The position numbers and the translations under genes are program-made. This document shows positions 48,942 through 59,174 of a stretch of 64,000 nucleotides of DNA, piece after piece. The notes under the pieces are model-generated. The model saw only the letters and a list, made by a program, of their open reading frames with translations. It was not told the origin of the DNA and searched no databases. The number at the start of each line of letters is the position of its first letter. The stretch's first letter is position 1. The stretch lies in NCBI RefSeq assembly GCF_053078305.1, contig NZ_CP166879.1; one strand, given 5' to 3'.

Positions 48942-50945
48942 TTACCCTTTTCGCTTCGGCAATGTTTTCAGCAGCTCATCCGGACTTACGGATGCCACTA
49001 CGCTTCCCGGTAAAGGCATTTTCAGTATGTGATTTTTGATTTTGCCAATGACGTGCATCTCGCATGGGCGGCAATCAAACTTTAGCGTTAATACTTCATC
49101 GCCGTTAACCAGTTGCATTGGCGTAGCCTTCCAGCTTTTGATATTGCCTTTCGCTTGTTTCGGGCACAGATTAAAGGCAAAGCGCAGACAATGCTTGGTG
49201 ATCATCACCGGGACTTCGCCCTTCTCTTCATGTGCCTCATACGCCGCGTCAATCAGCTGCACACCATAGCGATGATAAAATTCACGTGCTTTCTGGTTGT
49301 AAACGTTCGCGAGGAAACTCAGATGCGTTTGCGGATAAACCGGCGCAGGATCAGCAACCGGTTTACGGCTGCCGCGCTGGTAACTGGCAAGACGCGCAGC
49401 ATCCAGCATGTCAGCAGCTTCACGGCGGAACTGGTTTAACAGACTGTTTGGTACAAACAGCGCCCCCGGCAAATTAATTTGCACATCGCGGGCGTAATAG
49501 ATGGTTTGCCCCAGTTTTGCCAGACCCTCCTTCAGATTGTTCATTGCTTTTTCGGCGTTATTGGCTTCGTCGAACTGCCCATCCAGCGTATGCGTGATGC
49601 TGACCCCCTCTTCACTGGTGAGGGTCAGAATCAATTGTTCCTGCCAACCGCCCAGTTCAATGTCTACCGCCACCCGACGTTCGCTGGAGGTTTTTGTCAG
49701 TGCCTGCTGCCAGTTATGATCAAGATTACGGTTTAGTGGGTGATGCGGGCGAATTTTGTGCAAATCTGCTGGCATTTCATTGGGCCAGACGCGGTACTGA
49801 TTTTCTCCGGTTTTCTCGACCGTATTGGCACGAAAACCGACGACTTCACGTTTAATCAACACGTTCAGGCCATCGCCATTTGCCAGTGGATCGGTAACGG
49901 CAACATCGAGATGATCTTTCGCCACTTTCAATACTTCACCCACCGGCAGGCCGATAAATTTCGGCGAATCGAACGCGCCAATATCGCCTTTACGGGCATT
50001 CACAAAATAATCTGTGCTACCACGATGGAAAGTCTTTTCCGTCGATGGAACAAAGAAATGTTCAGTACGACCTGATGAAGCGCGCGTCAGATCGCCACGT
50101 TCTTCAATAATGGCATCCAGCATCTGGCGATAATGGGCGGTGATATTCTTCACGTAGCTCATATCTTTGTAACGCCCTTCAATCTTGAAGGAGCGTACGC
50201 CAGCATCAATCAGCGCGCCGAGGTTGGCAGTCTGATCGTTATCTTTCATCGACAGCAGATGTTTTTCATAGGAAACCACCCGCCCCTGATCGTCTTTCAA
50301 AGTGTATGGCAAACGGCACGCCTGCGAGCAATCGCCACGGTTGGCGCTACGCCCTGTTTGCGCATGAGAAATGTAGCACTGACCCGAATAGGCCACGCAC
50401 AGTGCGCCATGAATAAAGAATTCAATGGTCGCGTCCGTGGCCTGGTGAATCGCGCGGATCTGATCAAGATTCAGCTCTCGCGCCAGCACAATCTGCGTGA
50501 AGCCAACATCAGAGAGGAACTTCGCTTTTTCTACTGTACGAATGTCGCACTGCGTACTGGCGTGCAGTTCAATCGGCGGAATATCAAGTTCCAGAATCCC
50601 CATATCCTGAACAATCAGCGCATCGACACCGGTCTGGTAGAGGTCAGTAATCAGCCGTTGCGCGGGTTCCAGCTCATCATCATGCAAAATGGTGTTAAGC
50701 GTGACGAAAATTTTTGCACCATAACGATGGGCAAACGGCACCAGCTCGGCAATATCTTTCAGGCTATTACTGGCATTATGACGGGCACCAAAACCAGGGC
50801 CGCCGATATAAACAGCATCGGCACCGTGCAAAATAGCTTCGCGGGCAATGGCGGCATCGCGTGCCGGGCTTAACAGTTCAAGTCGATGAGAAGATACGGT
50901 CACATTCTTATCCAGTAGCTGAAAAATGGCGGCTATTTTAGCCAC
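48942..50945 (-). CDS. rlhA: U32-family protein RlhA (YdcP), 23S rRNA 5-hydroxycytidine synthase; start codon uncertain
   Basis: Peptidase U32 family hallmarks (LELLSPARD..., conserved Cys cluster); ORF 667 aa, annotated start may be about 14 codons downstream. Confidence 0.85.
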   Translation of the reverse strand: MAKIAAIFQLLDKNVTVSSHRLELLSPARDAAIAREAILHGADAVYIGGPGFGARHNASNSLKDIAELVPFAHRYGAKIFVTLNTILHDDELEPAQRLITDLYQTGVDALIVQDMGILELDIPPIELHASTQCDIRTVEKAKFLSDVGFTQIVLARELNLDQIRAIHQATDATIEFFIHGALCVAYSGQCYISHAQTGRSANRGDCSQACRLPYTLKDDQGRVVSYEKHLLSMKDNDQTANLGALIDAGVRSFKIEGRYKDMSYVKNITAHYRQMLDAIIEERGDLTRASSGRTEHFFVPSTEKTFHRGSTDYFVNARKGDIGAFDSPKFIGLPVGEVLKVAKDHLDVAVTDPLANGDGLNVLIKREVVGFRANTVEKTGENQYRVWPNEMPADLHKIRPHHPLNRNLDHNWQQALTKTSSERRVAVDIELGGWQEQLILTLTSEEGVSITHTLDGQFDEANNAEKAMNNLKEGLAKLGQTIYYARDVQINLPGALFVPNSLLNQFRREAADMLDAARLASYQRGSRKPVADPAPVYPQTHLSFLANVYNQKAREFYHRYGVQLIDAAYEAHEEKGEVPVMITKHCLRFAFNLCPKQAKGNIKSWKATPMQLVNGDEVLTLKFDCRPCEMHVIGKIKNHILKMPLPGSVVASVSPDELLKTLPKRKG

Positions 50946-50975
50946 AAGCGCGACGTTGCGAAATAGTTTTCCCGC

Positions 50976-51512
50976 TTAACTGCGCGGGTAATGGATGAGG
51001 GAATGAAAATGTACGGTTTGCTCCCCACCATTACGATAGATATGCGTGACGTCTGCAGCAAATCGAACGCCTTCCCCACAATTAAGGCTCTGCCATTCAC
51101 CATCAACGCACAGATCAAGTTGTCCATCAATGACGACGACATGTTCGATTACCCCCTTCTCATGGGGCGTCGATTCGCTTATTGCACCGGGTGCCATCTG
51201 AATCGAGAAGTGTTCAAAGCAGAGTTGTGGATCATAAGGAAACAGCGAAATGATCACCATCGCCTGCTGTTGTGGATCATAAACTGAAGGCGTAGCGGAC
51301 TGTGGCGGAGAAATAAATGTCGAAAATGGCACGTTCAACCCAGTGGCAATTTTCCATAATGTCGCGACCGTCGGGCTGGACTCATTACGCTCAATCTGTC
51401 CTAACATTGCTTTAGAAACGCCCGTCGCTTCTGCCAGTCGCGAAAGACTCCAGCCGCGCTGCTGACGTAGTTGTTTAAGTGTGGTGGATAAAAAGCGAGC
51501 GAGATTTTCCAT
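50976..51512 (-). CDS. sutR: XRE-family HTH regulator with cupin domain SutR (YdcN)
   Basis: 178 aa; N-terminal HTH LSRLAEATGVSKAMLGQIERNESSPTVATL; C-terminal cupin. Confidence 0.85.
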   Translation of the reverse strand: MENLARFLSTTLKQLRQQRGWSLSRLAEATGVSKAMLGQIERNESSPTVATLWKIATGLNVPFSTFISPPQSATPSVYDPQQQAMVIISLFPYDPQLCFEHFSIQMAPGAISESTPHEKGVIEHVVVIDGQLDLCVDGEWQSLNCGEGVRFAADVTHIYRNGGEQTVHFHSLIHYPRS

Positions 51513-51603
51513 GCGACTCCTCCGGCAAAACGGAAGTTTATCACTTGTGCGTTATAACGGACAAATGCTACGGTGCCTGTACGCTATAACGCACGAGGTG
51601 ACT

Positions 51604-52779
51604 ATGCGTCTGTTTTCTGTTCCCCCACCCACGCTACTGGCGGGGTTTCTGGCGGTATTAATTGGCTACGCCAGTTCAGCGGCAATAATCTGGCAAGCAG
51701 CGATTGTCGCCGGAGCCACCACTGCACAAATCTCTGGCTGGATGACGGCGCTGGGGCTGGCAATGGGCGTCAGTACGCTGACTCTGACATTATGGTATCG
51801 CGTACCTGTTCTCACCGCATGGTCAACGCCTGGCGCGGCTTTGTTGGTCACCGGATTGCAGGGACTAACACTTAACGAAGCCATCGGCGTTTTTATTGTC
51901 ACCAACGCGTTAATAGTCCTCTGCGGCATAACGGGACTCTTTGCTCGTCTGATGCGCATTATTCCGCACTCGCTTGCGGCGGCAATGCTTGCCGGGATTT
52001 TATTACGCTTTGGTTTACAGGCGTTTGCCAGTCTGGACGGTCAATTTACGTTGTGTGGAAGTATGTTGCTGGTATGGCTGGCAACCAAGGCCGTTGCGCC
52101 GCGCTATGCGGTAATTGCCGCGATGATTATTGGGATCGTGATCGTTATCGCGCAAGGTGACGTTGTCACAACTGATGTTGTCTTTAAACCCGTTCTCCCC
52201 ACTTATATTACCCCTGATTTTTCGTTTGCTCACAGCCTGAGCGTTGCACTCCCCCTTTTTCTGGTGACGATGGCATCGCAAAACGCACCGGGTATCGCAG
52301 CAATGAAAGCAGCCGGGTATTCGGCTCCTGTTTCGCCATTAATTGTATTTACTGGATTGCTGGCACTGGTTTTTTCCCCTTTCGGCGTTTATTCCGTCGG
52401 TATTGCGGCAATCACCGCGGCTATTTGCCAAAGCCCGGAAGCGCATCCGGATAAAGATCAACGTTGGCTGGCAGCTGCCGTTGCAGGCATTTTTTATTTG
52501 ATCGCAGGTCTGTTTGGTAGTGCTATTACCGGGATGATGGCTGCCCTGCCCGTAAGTTGGATCCAGATGCTGGCAGGTCTGGCGCTGTTAAGTACCATTA
52601 GCGGCAGTTTGTATCAGGCGCTGCATAATGAGCGTGAGCGAGACGCGGCGGTGGTGGCATTTCTGGTAACGGCAAGTGGATTGACGCTGGTCGGGATTGG
52701 TTCTGCGTTCTGGGGATTAATTGCCGGAGGCGTTTGTTACGTGGTGTTGAATTTAATCGCTGACAGAAACCGATATTGA
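51604..52779 (+). CDS. ydcO: BenE-family inner-membrane transporter YdcO
   Basis: Begins MRLFSVPPPTLLAGFLAVLIGYASSAAIIWQAA; 391 aa; ORF track starts at 51481. Confidence 0.85.
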   Translation: MRLFSVPPPTLLAGFLAVLIGYASSAAIIWQAAIVAGATTAQISGWMTALGLAMGVSTLTLTLWYRVPVLTAWSTPGAALLVTGLQGLTLNEAIGVFIVTNALIVLCGITGLFARLMRIIPHSLAAAMLAGILLRFGLQAFASLDGQFTLCGSMLLVWLATKAVAPRYAVIAAMIIGIVIVIAQGDVVTTDVVFKPVLPTYITPDFSFAHSLSVALPLFLVTMASQNAPGIAAMKAAGYSAPVSPLIVFTGLLALVFSPFGVYSVGIAAITAAICQSPEAHPDKDQRWLAAAVAGIFYLIAGLFGSAITGMMAALPVSWIQMLAGLALLSTISGSLYQALHNERERDAAVVAFLVTASGLTLVGIGSAFWGLIAGGVCYVVLNLIADRNRY

Positions 52780-52818
52780 CATCCTCCACGCCCTGAAGGA
52801 CGTGGATCCCTGCTACGT

Positions 52819-54027
52819 TCAGGCTGTCGCCTGAATCATTTCGGTGGGTTCCTGCTTCAACGGGCGGCCTGACTGCACCATCTCTCCACAGGCAAGAACG
52901 GCGTGCCCCGCCGCTAAAATGTTACGAGCGCCATTTACATCGGCGTTCGCTGTATATCCACATACCTGGCATCTGAATTTACTTTGTGACAGGCGGTTCT
53001 CTTTCGCTGTATGACCACAGTACGCGCAACGCTGGCTTGTATACGCTGGCGGAACAGCAAGCACCTGACCGCCACGCCAGAGCTGCTTGTACTCAAGCTG
53101 GCGGCGCATTTCATACCAGCCCTGATCCAGTATCGAACGGTTTAAACCTGATTTTGCCCGGACATTGCGCCCCGGCTGGCTGACCGTACCCGCTGCTGAC
53201 TTTGACATGTTGCTGACCTTCAAATCCTCAATGACTATCATTGCGTGGTTTTTGCTGACGGCCGTTGTGACTTTGTGAAGGTAGTCCCTGCGGATATTTG
53301 CGATACAGGAATGCAGTCGCTGTATTTTGCGTTTCTGCTTCTGCCAGTTGTTGCTGAATTTGACCTTGCGGCTTAACTGTCGCTGAAGTCTCGCCAGCGT
53401 CTTCTGGTTTTTCTGAAAACTGTTTACAGGCTCAAAGACTGTGCCATCTGACAGCGTGGCGAGTTTAGCCACGCCAGCATCCAGCCCGACCATTGATGCT
53501 GAAGGGTGAGCCGGAGTGGATACTTCACTTTCTGTCTGAATACTGATGTACCACTTACCGCAGGACTGGCTGACAGTGACATTTTTCACAACACCCGTGA
53601 CCTGACGGCTATTCCGGTAGCGCATCCAGCCCAGTTTCGGCAGAAAAATACGGCTGTTTTCCTGATCGAGCTTAACGCCCTGCGGGTAGCGGAATGCATC
53701 ATTCTGTCCCCGCTTTTTGAATCGGGGAAAAGCAGCCCGCTTCCGGAAGAAGTTTTTGTAAGCCCGCTCAAGGTCTTTCAGTGACTGTTGCAATGGCTGT
53801 GAGGGAGAATCTTTAAGCCATTGCGTTTCAGTGGCATTTTTCCACTCAACCAGCCAGGAAGCCATTTTCCCGTAAGGGATGTATTTATTACCGGCCTCAT
53901 GATTCTCATTCTGACGTGCCAGAGCACGATTGAAAACGAAACGACATGCGCCTGCGAAGCGCCTCATTTCACACTCCTGTTGACCACCTGGTCTTAACTG
54001 GAATTTAAATGCCTGTAATCGTTTCAC
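52819..54027 (-). CDS. insQ: IS609 TnpB (OrfB; RuvC-like, zinc-finger; RNA-guided endonuclease family)
   Basis: 402 aa; C-terminal [37 protein letters not shown] zinc-finger/RuvC-III region typical of TnpB. Confidence 0.85.
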   Translation of the reverse strand: MKRLQAFKFQLRPGGQQECEMRRFAGACRFVFNRALARQNENHEAGNKYIPYGKMASWLVEWKNATETQWLKDSPSQPLQQSLKDLERAYKNFFRKRAAFPRFKKRGQNDAFRYPQGVKLDQENSRIFLPKLGWMRYRNSRQVTGVVKNVTVSQSCGKWYISIQTESEVSTPAHPSASMVGLDAGVAKLATLSDGTVFEPVNSFQKNQKTLARLQRQLSRKVKFSNNWQKQKRKIQRLHSCIANIRRDYLHKVTTAVSKNHAMIVIEDLKVSNMSKSAAGTVSQPGRNVRAKSGLNRSILDQGWYEMRRQLEYKQLWRGGQVLAVPPAYTSQRCAYCGHTAKENRLSQSKFRCQVCGYTANADVNGARNILAAGHAVLACGEMVQSGRPLKQEPTEMIQATA

Positions 54028-54034
54028 AGGTCAA

Positions 54035-54541
54035 ATGATACTTTGGTCTGTGAAAAAAGAAACCGATATCCGGCGTGGAAGGCATTGTGTTTTCCTGATG
54101 CATGTTCACCTGGTCTTTGTCACCAGATACCGACGCCAGATTTTTGACCATGACGCGACAGAAAAACTACGCACTTACTTTTCAAATGTATGTGCTTATT
54201 TTGAAGCTGAACTGGTTGAAATGGATGGCGAACCAGATCACGTCCATTTGTTAATTAACTAACCTCCCAAACTGGCGATATCCAGTCTGGTAAACAGCCT
54301 CAAAGGCGTATCGGGTAGGTTACTGCGACGAGATCGACCAGATATTGCAGTCAGGTATTACTACAAAGGCGTTTTGTGGAGTCCTGGCTATTTTGCCAGT
54401 AGCTGCGGAGGTGCGCCAATATCCGCCATCCGTCAATACATTGAACAACAGCAAACACCTGGTCAGGTGGAAAACCGCGCCTTATATCCCCGCCCTGAAG
54501 GATGGGGTTTTACGGCGCACCGGATAAAAAGCGCCATCTAA
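54035..54541 (+). pseudogene. insP: IS609 TnpA (HUH/Y1 transposase) with premature in-frame TAA at 54260–54262
   Basis: The frame reads ...HVHLLIN* then continues in the same frame as PPKLAISSLVNSLKGVSGRLLRRDRPDIAVRYYYKGVLWSPGYFASSCGGAPISAIRQYIEQQQT..., typical of IS200-family TnpA. Confidence 0.75.
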
Positions 54542-54551
54542 CGATGGCGCG
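54520..54551 (-). terminator. Rho-independent terminator of ydcL (gcgccatc taac gatggcgc followed by a U-tract on the minus-strand transcript)
   Basis: Hairpin plus tttttatcc on the reverse strand directly after the ydcL stop. Confidence 0.6.
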
Positions 54552-54558
54552 TCTGGAA

Positions 54559-55227
54559 CTACTTTTTGTTAACGTCAAACATGGTGGCATCGGTCGCCAT
54601 GTCATCAATAACTTGTTTAATATTTTCGAAAGCCATTGGCGTACTTTCGTTATTCAGGTCTTTACCTTCGCCCTGACGAACGACTTTGATAACCGGTTTA
54701 TTAGTCGCTGCATCAATCAGCTCACCTTCAAAATAGAGGCGAGTATCCATGGTACGGTGGCCTGTAGCCATTTGCGTCCCCGCAACCACTAATGCAACAG
54801 GAACCACTTCATAGAATTGCAGCCCTTCTTTGCTGGTATCTACACCGGTAATGGCCCCACGGAAAATCAGACTACGCGGCCCAGCGGTGGTAACCACTGG
54901 TTTACGCTGCGCTATCGCTTCTTTCATTTCGGTGTTGGTATAGTTCAAAATTTTATCCAGAACTTTCTGCCCTACCTGGGTAGAAGGTTTTGGTACCGGA
55001 TAATAAGTGATTGGGTTCCAGACGATGCTGTCATATTTGCTTTGATCAAAACTCGGGTCTACCCAACGTAAAACAGGTTTACCTGTTGCTGAGGTTGTTT
55101 CTTTTAAATCAGAGTAATTGTTTAAAAAACCAGAATATTTATCTGGCTGGGTGATTTTAGAGGCACAACCAGACAGAGCCAACAAGCCGCATAAAGCTGC
55201 AACTTTCGCAAATGATGTGGTACGCAT
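54559..55227 (-). CDS. ydcL: Lipoprotein YdcL
   Basis: 222 aa; lipobox ...LALSGC-ASK. Confidence 0.88.
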   Translation of the reverse strand: MRTTSFAKVAALCGLLALSGCASKITQPDKYSGFLNNYSDLKETTSATGKPVLRWVDPSFDQSKYDSIVWNPITYYPVPKPSTQVGQKVLDKILNYTNTEMKEAIAQRKPVVTTAGPRSLIFRGAITGVDTSKEGLQFYEVVPVALVVAGTQMATGHRTMDTRLYFEGELIDAATNKPVIKVVRQGEGKDLNNESTPMAFENIKQVIDDMATDATMFDVNKK

Positions 55228-55325
55228 GAATAGTTTCCTGAGATGATTATATTACTTTTTAAGTTATAGCAAAAAGCGCCGCTTCGTGTTGTGGCAAAAA
55301 AAGTGTTGGTGAAAATAAATTTTTT

Positions 55326-55369
55326 TAGCCCCTTTTCAGACGACATAGTCAATGCCGCAAAAGGGGCTA
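55326..55369. other. Inverted repeat tagcccctttt / aaaaggggcta (11-bp arms, 22-nt spacer) upstream of ydcL
   Basis: Seen in sequence in the ydcL–tehB intergenic region. Confidence 0.4.
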
Positions 55370-55530
55370 AGTCAATCATCAGTAGTTAAATTTCAGTAAG
55401 TTAAGCTGCTAAAAAACTTCGACTACTGTGATTAATTTCACATCCCTTCGATAAAAAATATGCTTACCGAAAAGAAGGACAGTAAACCATCTCAGCGTGG
55501 GGAATTTTCACGCGCTTTGTTCTTACCGGG

Positions 55531-56124
55531 TCATTTTTTACGTGCCAGCATCGTGGCGAAACGCAGTTTAATACGATTACCGTTGGCGTCGGTGCGGTGC
55601 AGCTCGCCGACGTCTTCATTGTATTTCACCATCTCCCAGCCTTCGTAATATCGACGTAATTCTCCCTCTTTGAAGGCAAACGGGAAGCCGACGGTACATG
55701 GATAATCAGCGGTATCCATCGCCGCCACAATCAGGTTGTAACCGCCAGGTTTAGTGCAACGTTGCATATTGGCAATCAGCCCTGGGATGGTTTTAGCCTC
55801 AAGGAACATCAGCACCACAGTCGAAAGAATAAAATCGTACTGTCCAGCAAATGTGAGGTTATTCAGATCAACGACCCGGGTGTGTAAATTATCCAGATTT
55901 TCAATAGATTTAATGCGCTCGACGTTGGCGATACTCATGGCATTTTTATCCCATGCGTCAACATCATAACCATTGGCTGCCAGGTAAAGACTGTTACGAC
56001 CATTGCCACAGCCCAGATCCAGCGTTTTACCCGGTTTAACCACTTTCACCGCTTCCAGTACTTCAGAGTGTGTGCGGGTTAATTCATATTTATCAGTAAA
56101 ATAATTTTCGTCACGAATGATCAT
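55531..56124 (-). CDS. tehB: Tellurite methyltransferase TehB (SAM-dependent)
   Basis: 197 aa; SAM motif [16 protein letters not shown]. Confidence 0.92.
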   Translation of the reverse strand: MIIRDENYFTDKYELTRTHSEVLEAVKVVKPGKTLDLGCGNGRNSLYLAANGYDVDAWDKNAMSIANVERIKSIENLDNLHTRVVDLNNLTFAGQYDFILSTVVLMFLEAKTIPGLIANMQRCTKPGGYNLIVAAMDTADYPCTVGFPFAFKEGELRRYYEGWEMVKYNEDVGELHRTDANGNRIKLRFATMLARKK

Positions 56125-57113
56125 TCTTTGTCCTCTGCTTTCATTAAAACGGCGCGCTCGGTTCTGACTAACAATTTTCCCTGCATCAGAAGCGCAAAAG
56201 TACGGATGAGCAGTATTGCAATAATAAAATTGGTAAAGATAAACAGCGGCACCGCCAGCGTATGGAAAAATCCATTATCGCTGCCACTCCCCAGATGCAA
56301 ACCGGTGGTTGCCAGTGCAGATACGCCGAACGAGAAACTCCAGAATGAAGCATTAAATGGCTGGGAGAGATACCAGGGCATCAGACGTAGCATAAACAGC
56401 AGTTGCAGCAGTCCATAACCGAAAAGCATTTTCGCCAGCGTGTCACCCTCGCCGCCGTTGACGCTCAGCCAGGCACTACAGGCCACCAGCGCAGGAGCGA
56501 GTTGAATGCCGAGTGATGTCCGCAGTGCCGTGGGTAATTCTCCCGAACTGCGCAGACGCTGCAAGATCACCGGTTCAAGGCTTAGCCATGAGAAAACGCC
56601 TGCGCCTAAAAACACCAGACCGGCGTCGGTGTAGCCCAACGCACCACAGGCCATTGCGCTGATAAAGTTGTTGGCAACTGTCGGCAGATACAGTCCAGGC
56701 GTGGTAGCTTCTTCAGGGTGAGATCCGCGCCATAATCCCGCAGTTTGCCAGGCGGCATAAGCCAGTTGCACCACGACACCAAAACTGAACAGGCACACCG
56801 CCAGTGGGCGAAACCACGGAACAAAACCAATCGCCACCAGCATCGTCGTTGCCGGAAACAAACTCACAAAACTGCTCAGCACTGGATGGCGAACTTCCGC
56901 CAGCACGCTATGCGGAAAGCGTATGAGTCGGGTAATAAATGCGCTAGTCAATAATCCCCAGATGATCATCGCCAGAATCACCAGCCCATCCCCTAACCAG
57001 TGGCTGACCTGCCAAACCTGGCTGGCATAGCGCCAGGCAAATCCCATCCCTATCGTCCCCAACACAATACCAAAGTAGCCTGCCGGCAAATTGAGCACTT
57101 TATCGCTCTGCAT
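56121..57113 (-). CDS. tehA: Tellurite resistance / dicarboxylate-exporter-family membrane protein TehA
   Basis: Begins [29 protein letters not shown]; 330 aa; overlaps the tehB start. Confidence 0.9.
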   Translation of the reverse strand: MQSDKVLNLPAGYFGIVLGTIGMGFAWRYASQVWQVSHWLGDGLVILAMIIWGLLTSAFITRLIRFPHSVLAEVRHPVLSSFVSLFPATTMLVAIGFVPWFRPLAVCLFSFGVVVQLAYAAWQTAGLWRGSHPEEATTPGLYLPTVANNFISAMACGALGYTDAGLVFLGAGVFSWLSLEPVILQRLRSSGELPTALRTSLGIQLAPALVACSAWLSVNGGEGDTLAKMLFGYGLLQLLFMLRLMPWYLSQPFNASFWSFSFGVSALATTGLHLGSGSDNGFFHTLAVPLFIFTNFIIAILLIRTFALLMQGKLLVRTERAVLMKAEDKE

Positions 57114-57236
57114 CTTCTTACTCATTTTGTTTAATTTATAAAGTATATTTGAAATGCATTTTATGGAATTTTCTCGAGCATAGCCAGAGCCGCAGAATTT
57201 GCTACGGTTATAGTAAGTCACCTGTGGGAAAACGCT

Positions 57237-58217
57237 ATGCGCAAATATCGTCTAAGTGAAGAACAGCGAGCCTTTAGTTATCGGGATGATGGCACTAAAA
57301 AAAGTGTGTTATTACGGCAGATTATCGCCATGAGCGATTTTAACGATGTGATAGCAGGAACCGCTGGCGGCTGGATCGATCGCGAAACGGTGTTAGCACA
57401 GGAAGGAAATTGCTGGATTTACGACCAGAATGCTATTGCGTTCGGCGGAGCGGTGATTTCCGGTAATACGCGCATCACCGGCACCAGCGTGCTGTGGGGA
57501 GAGGTTTACGCAACGGATAATGTCTGGATCGATAATAGTGAAATCAGCCAGGGTGCATATATAAGTGACAGTGTCACCATTCATGACTCACTGGTTTGCG
57601 GGCAATGTAGAATATTTGGTCACGCCTTAATTAATCAACATTCTATGATCGTCGCAGCACAAGGCTTAACGCCCGACCATCAACTCCTGCTACAAATTTA
57701 TGATCGCGCAAGGATTAGCGCCTCGCGTATTGTCCACCAGGCACAAATTTATGGCGATGCCGTCGTCCGGTATGCTTTTATTGAACATCGCGCCGAAGTT
57801 TTTGATTTTGCCAGTATTGAAGGTAATGAAGAGAACAACGTCTGGCTATGCGATTGCGCTAAAGTCTACGGTCACGCGCAGGTGAAAGCTGGCATAGAAG
57901 AAGATGCCATTCCGACGGTTCATTACAGTTCGCAGGTGGCGGAATATGCCATTGTGGAAGGTAATTGTGTGTTAAAACATCATGTCTTGATTGGCGGAAA
58001 TGCCGTGGTACGTGGCGGACCGATTCTGCTCGACGAGCACGTTGTAATACAAGGTAAGAGCCGTATTACAGGTGCGGTGATAATTGAAAACCATGTGGAG
58101 TTAACCGACCACGCCGTCGTTGAAGCCTTTGATGGCGACACGGTTCATGTCCGTGGTCCAAAAGTCATTAACGGCGAGGAGCGCATTACGCGAACGCTGC
58201 TGGCAGGGTTATTGTGA
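57237..58217 (+). CDS. ydcK: Uncharacterised protein YdcK (hexapeptide/left-handed beta-helix-like repeats)
   Basis: 326 aa with recurring I/V-x-G-x-x-x-I repeats. Confidence 0.85.
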   Translation: MRKYRLSEEQRAFSYRDDGTKKSVLLRQIIAMSDFNDVIAGTAGGWIDRETVLAQEGNCWIYDQNAIAFGGAVISGNTRITGTSVLWGEVYATDNVWIDNSEISQGAYISDSVTIHDSLVCGQCRIFGHALINQHSMIVAAQGLTPDHQLLLQIYDRARISASRIVHQAQIYGDAVVRYAFIEHRAEVFDFASIEGNEENNVWLCDCAKVYGHAQVKAGIEEDAIPTVHYSSQVAEYAIVEGNCVLKHHVLIGGNAVVRGGPILLDEHVVIQGKSRITGAVIIENHVELTDHAVVEAFDGDTVHVRGPKVINGEERITRTLLAGLL

Positions 58218-58748
58218 ATCGATAATACGCGCGTATAAGTTCACATCATCATAGGCATCATTCAGGAACTCAGCCTGTTTCAGGCAACCTTCAAGGATAA
58301 AACCATTGCGCAAAGCGACCTGGTTGCTTTGCGGATTGTCCACCCGACATTTGATCACGAAGCGTCTAAGTTCACCAGACTGGGCGTAATGATGAATCAG
58401 TGCCTGCAGCGCCTGAGAAATGATCCCCTGCCCCTGATGAGATTCGTCCAGCCAGTAGCCGATTTCAGCGGTTTTGTTCAGTGGTTCAATACGATTAAAC
58501 GAGATAACGCCGATAAGTTCATCTTCTTTGAAAATCATGAACATTTTGGCATAGCCGCGTTGATGCAACATCACATTACCCTGCACCGTTTTTCGCGTGT
58601 CCTCTTCACTCTGAACGAACTGCGGCCAGTTTAGCGACTGCTGTAACCAGGTTTTATTTTTACAGATTAACTGATAAAGAGGAGTGACGTGATTTTCTGC
58701 AACAGCATGTAATTCAAGTGATTCGCTTACTTTTATCGTTTCAGTCAT
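58209..58748 (-). CDS. rimL: Ribosomal protein L7/L12 N-acetyltransferase RimL (GNAT)
   Basis: Begins [28 protein letters not shown]; 179 aa. Confidence 0.88.
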   Translation of the reverse strand: MTETIKVSESLELHAVAENHVTPLYQLICKNKTWLQQSLNWPQFVQSEEDTRKTVQGNVMLHQRGYAKMFMIFKEDELIGVISFNRIEPLNKTAEIGYWLDESHQGQGIISQALQALIHHYAQSGELRRFVIKCRVDNPQSNQVALRNGFILEGCLKQAEFLNDAYDDVNLYARIIDSQ

Positions 58749-58769
58749 CTTATCTCCAGTCAATCCATG

Positions 58770-58802
58770 CAGTTGTTAAAAAAGCCGCCTGGCTGGCGGC
58801 TT
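58770..58802 (-). terminator. Rho-independent terminator of ydcH (aagccgcc tggctg gcggctt, U-tract on the minus strand)
   Basis: Hairpin followed by tttttaac on the reverse strand. Confidence 0.6.
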
Positions 58803-58810
58803 AGGAAAGT

Positions 58811-59035
58811 TTACACCTCTTTGACGCTCTCATGCTGCAGGATTTTGAGCATCTCATCTTTTAACTGTAGCTTTTGTTTTTTCATGCGGACCACTTCCGC
58901 ATTGTACCCTCGACCGTCGGAACCTTCCTTTCTGGCAATTTCATGATCAAGTTTATTGTGTTTATCGAACAAGGACATAAAGCGAGGATTTTCGTTTTTC
59001 AGACGGGATATTAAATCTCGATATTCTGGAAACAT
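58811..59035 (-). CDS. ydcH: Small protein YdcH (DUF465 family), 74 aa
   Basis: MFPEYRDLISRLKNENPRFMSLFDKHNKLDHEIARKEG... Confidence 0.85.
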   Translation of the reverse strand: MFPEYRDLISRLKNENPRFMSLFDKHNKLDHEIARKEGSDGRGYNAEVVRMKKQKLQLKDEMLKILQHESVKEV

Positions 59036-59174
59036 ACGCACTCCCTGTTAGTGGCTGACAAGGTGTATCTGAAATACACACCATCAGATTACTCATTTAA
59101 CTTAGGGAAAAATGCGAGCGGGATCGTGTTTAACCAGACGGCACCTCCCGAAGAAGGTGCCGAAGAAAAAACGA

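Larger units (their letters stand above)
52785..54545. mobile_element. IS609 (IS200/IS605 family) insertion sequence: tnpB intact, tnpA interrupted by an in-frame stop; ends approximate
   Basis: Divergent tnpB and tnpA-like ORFs between ydcO and ydcL. Confidence 0.6.
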
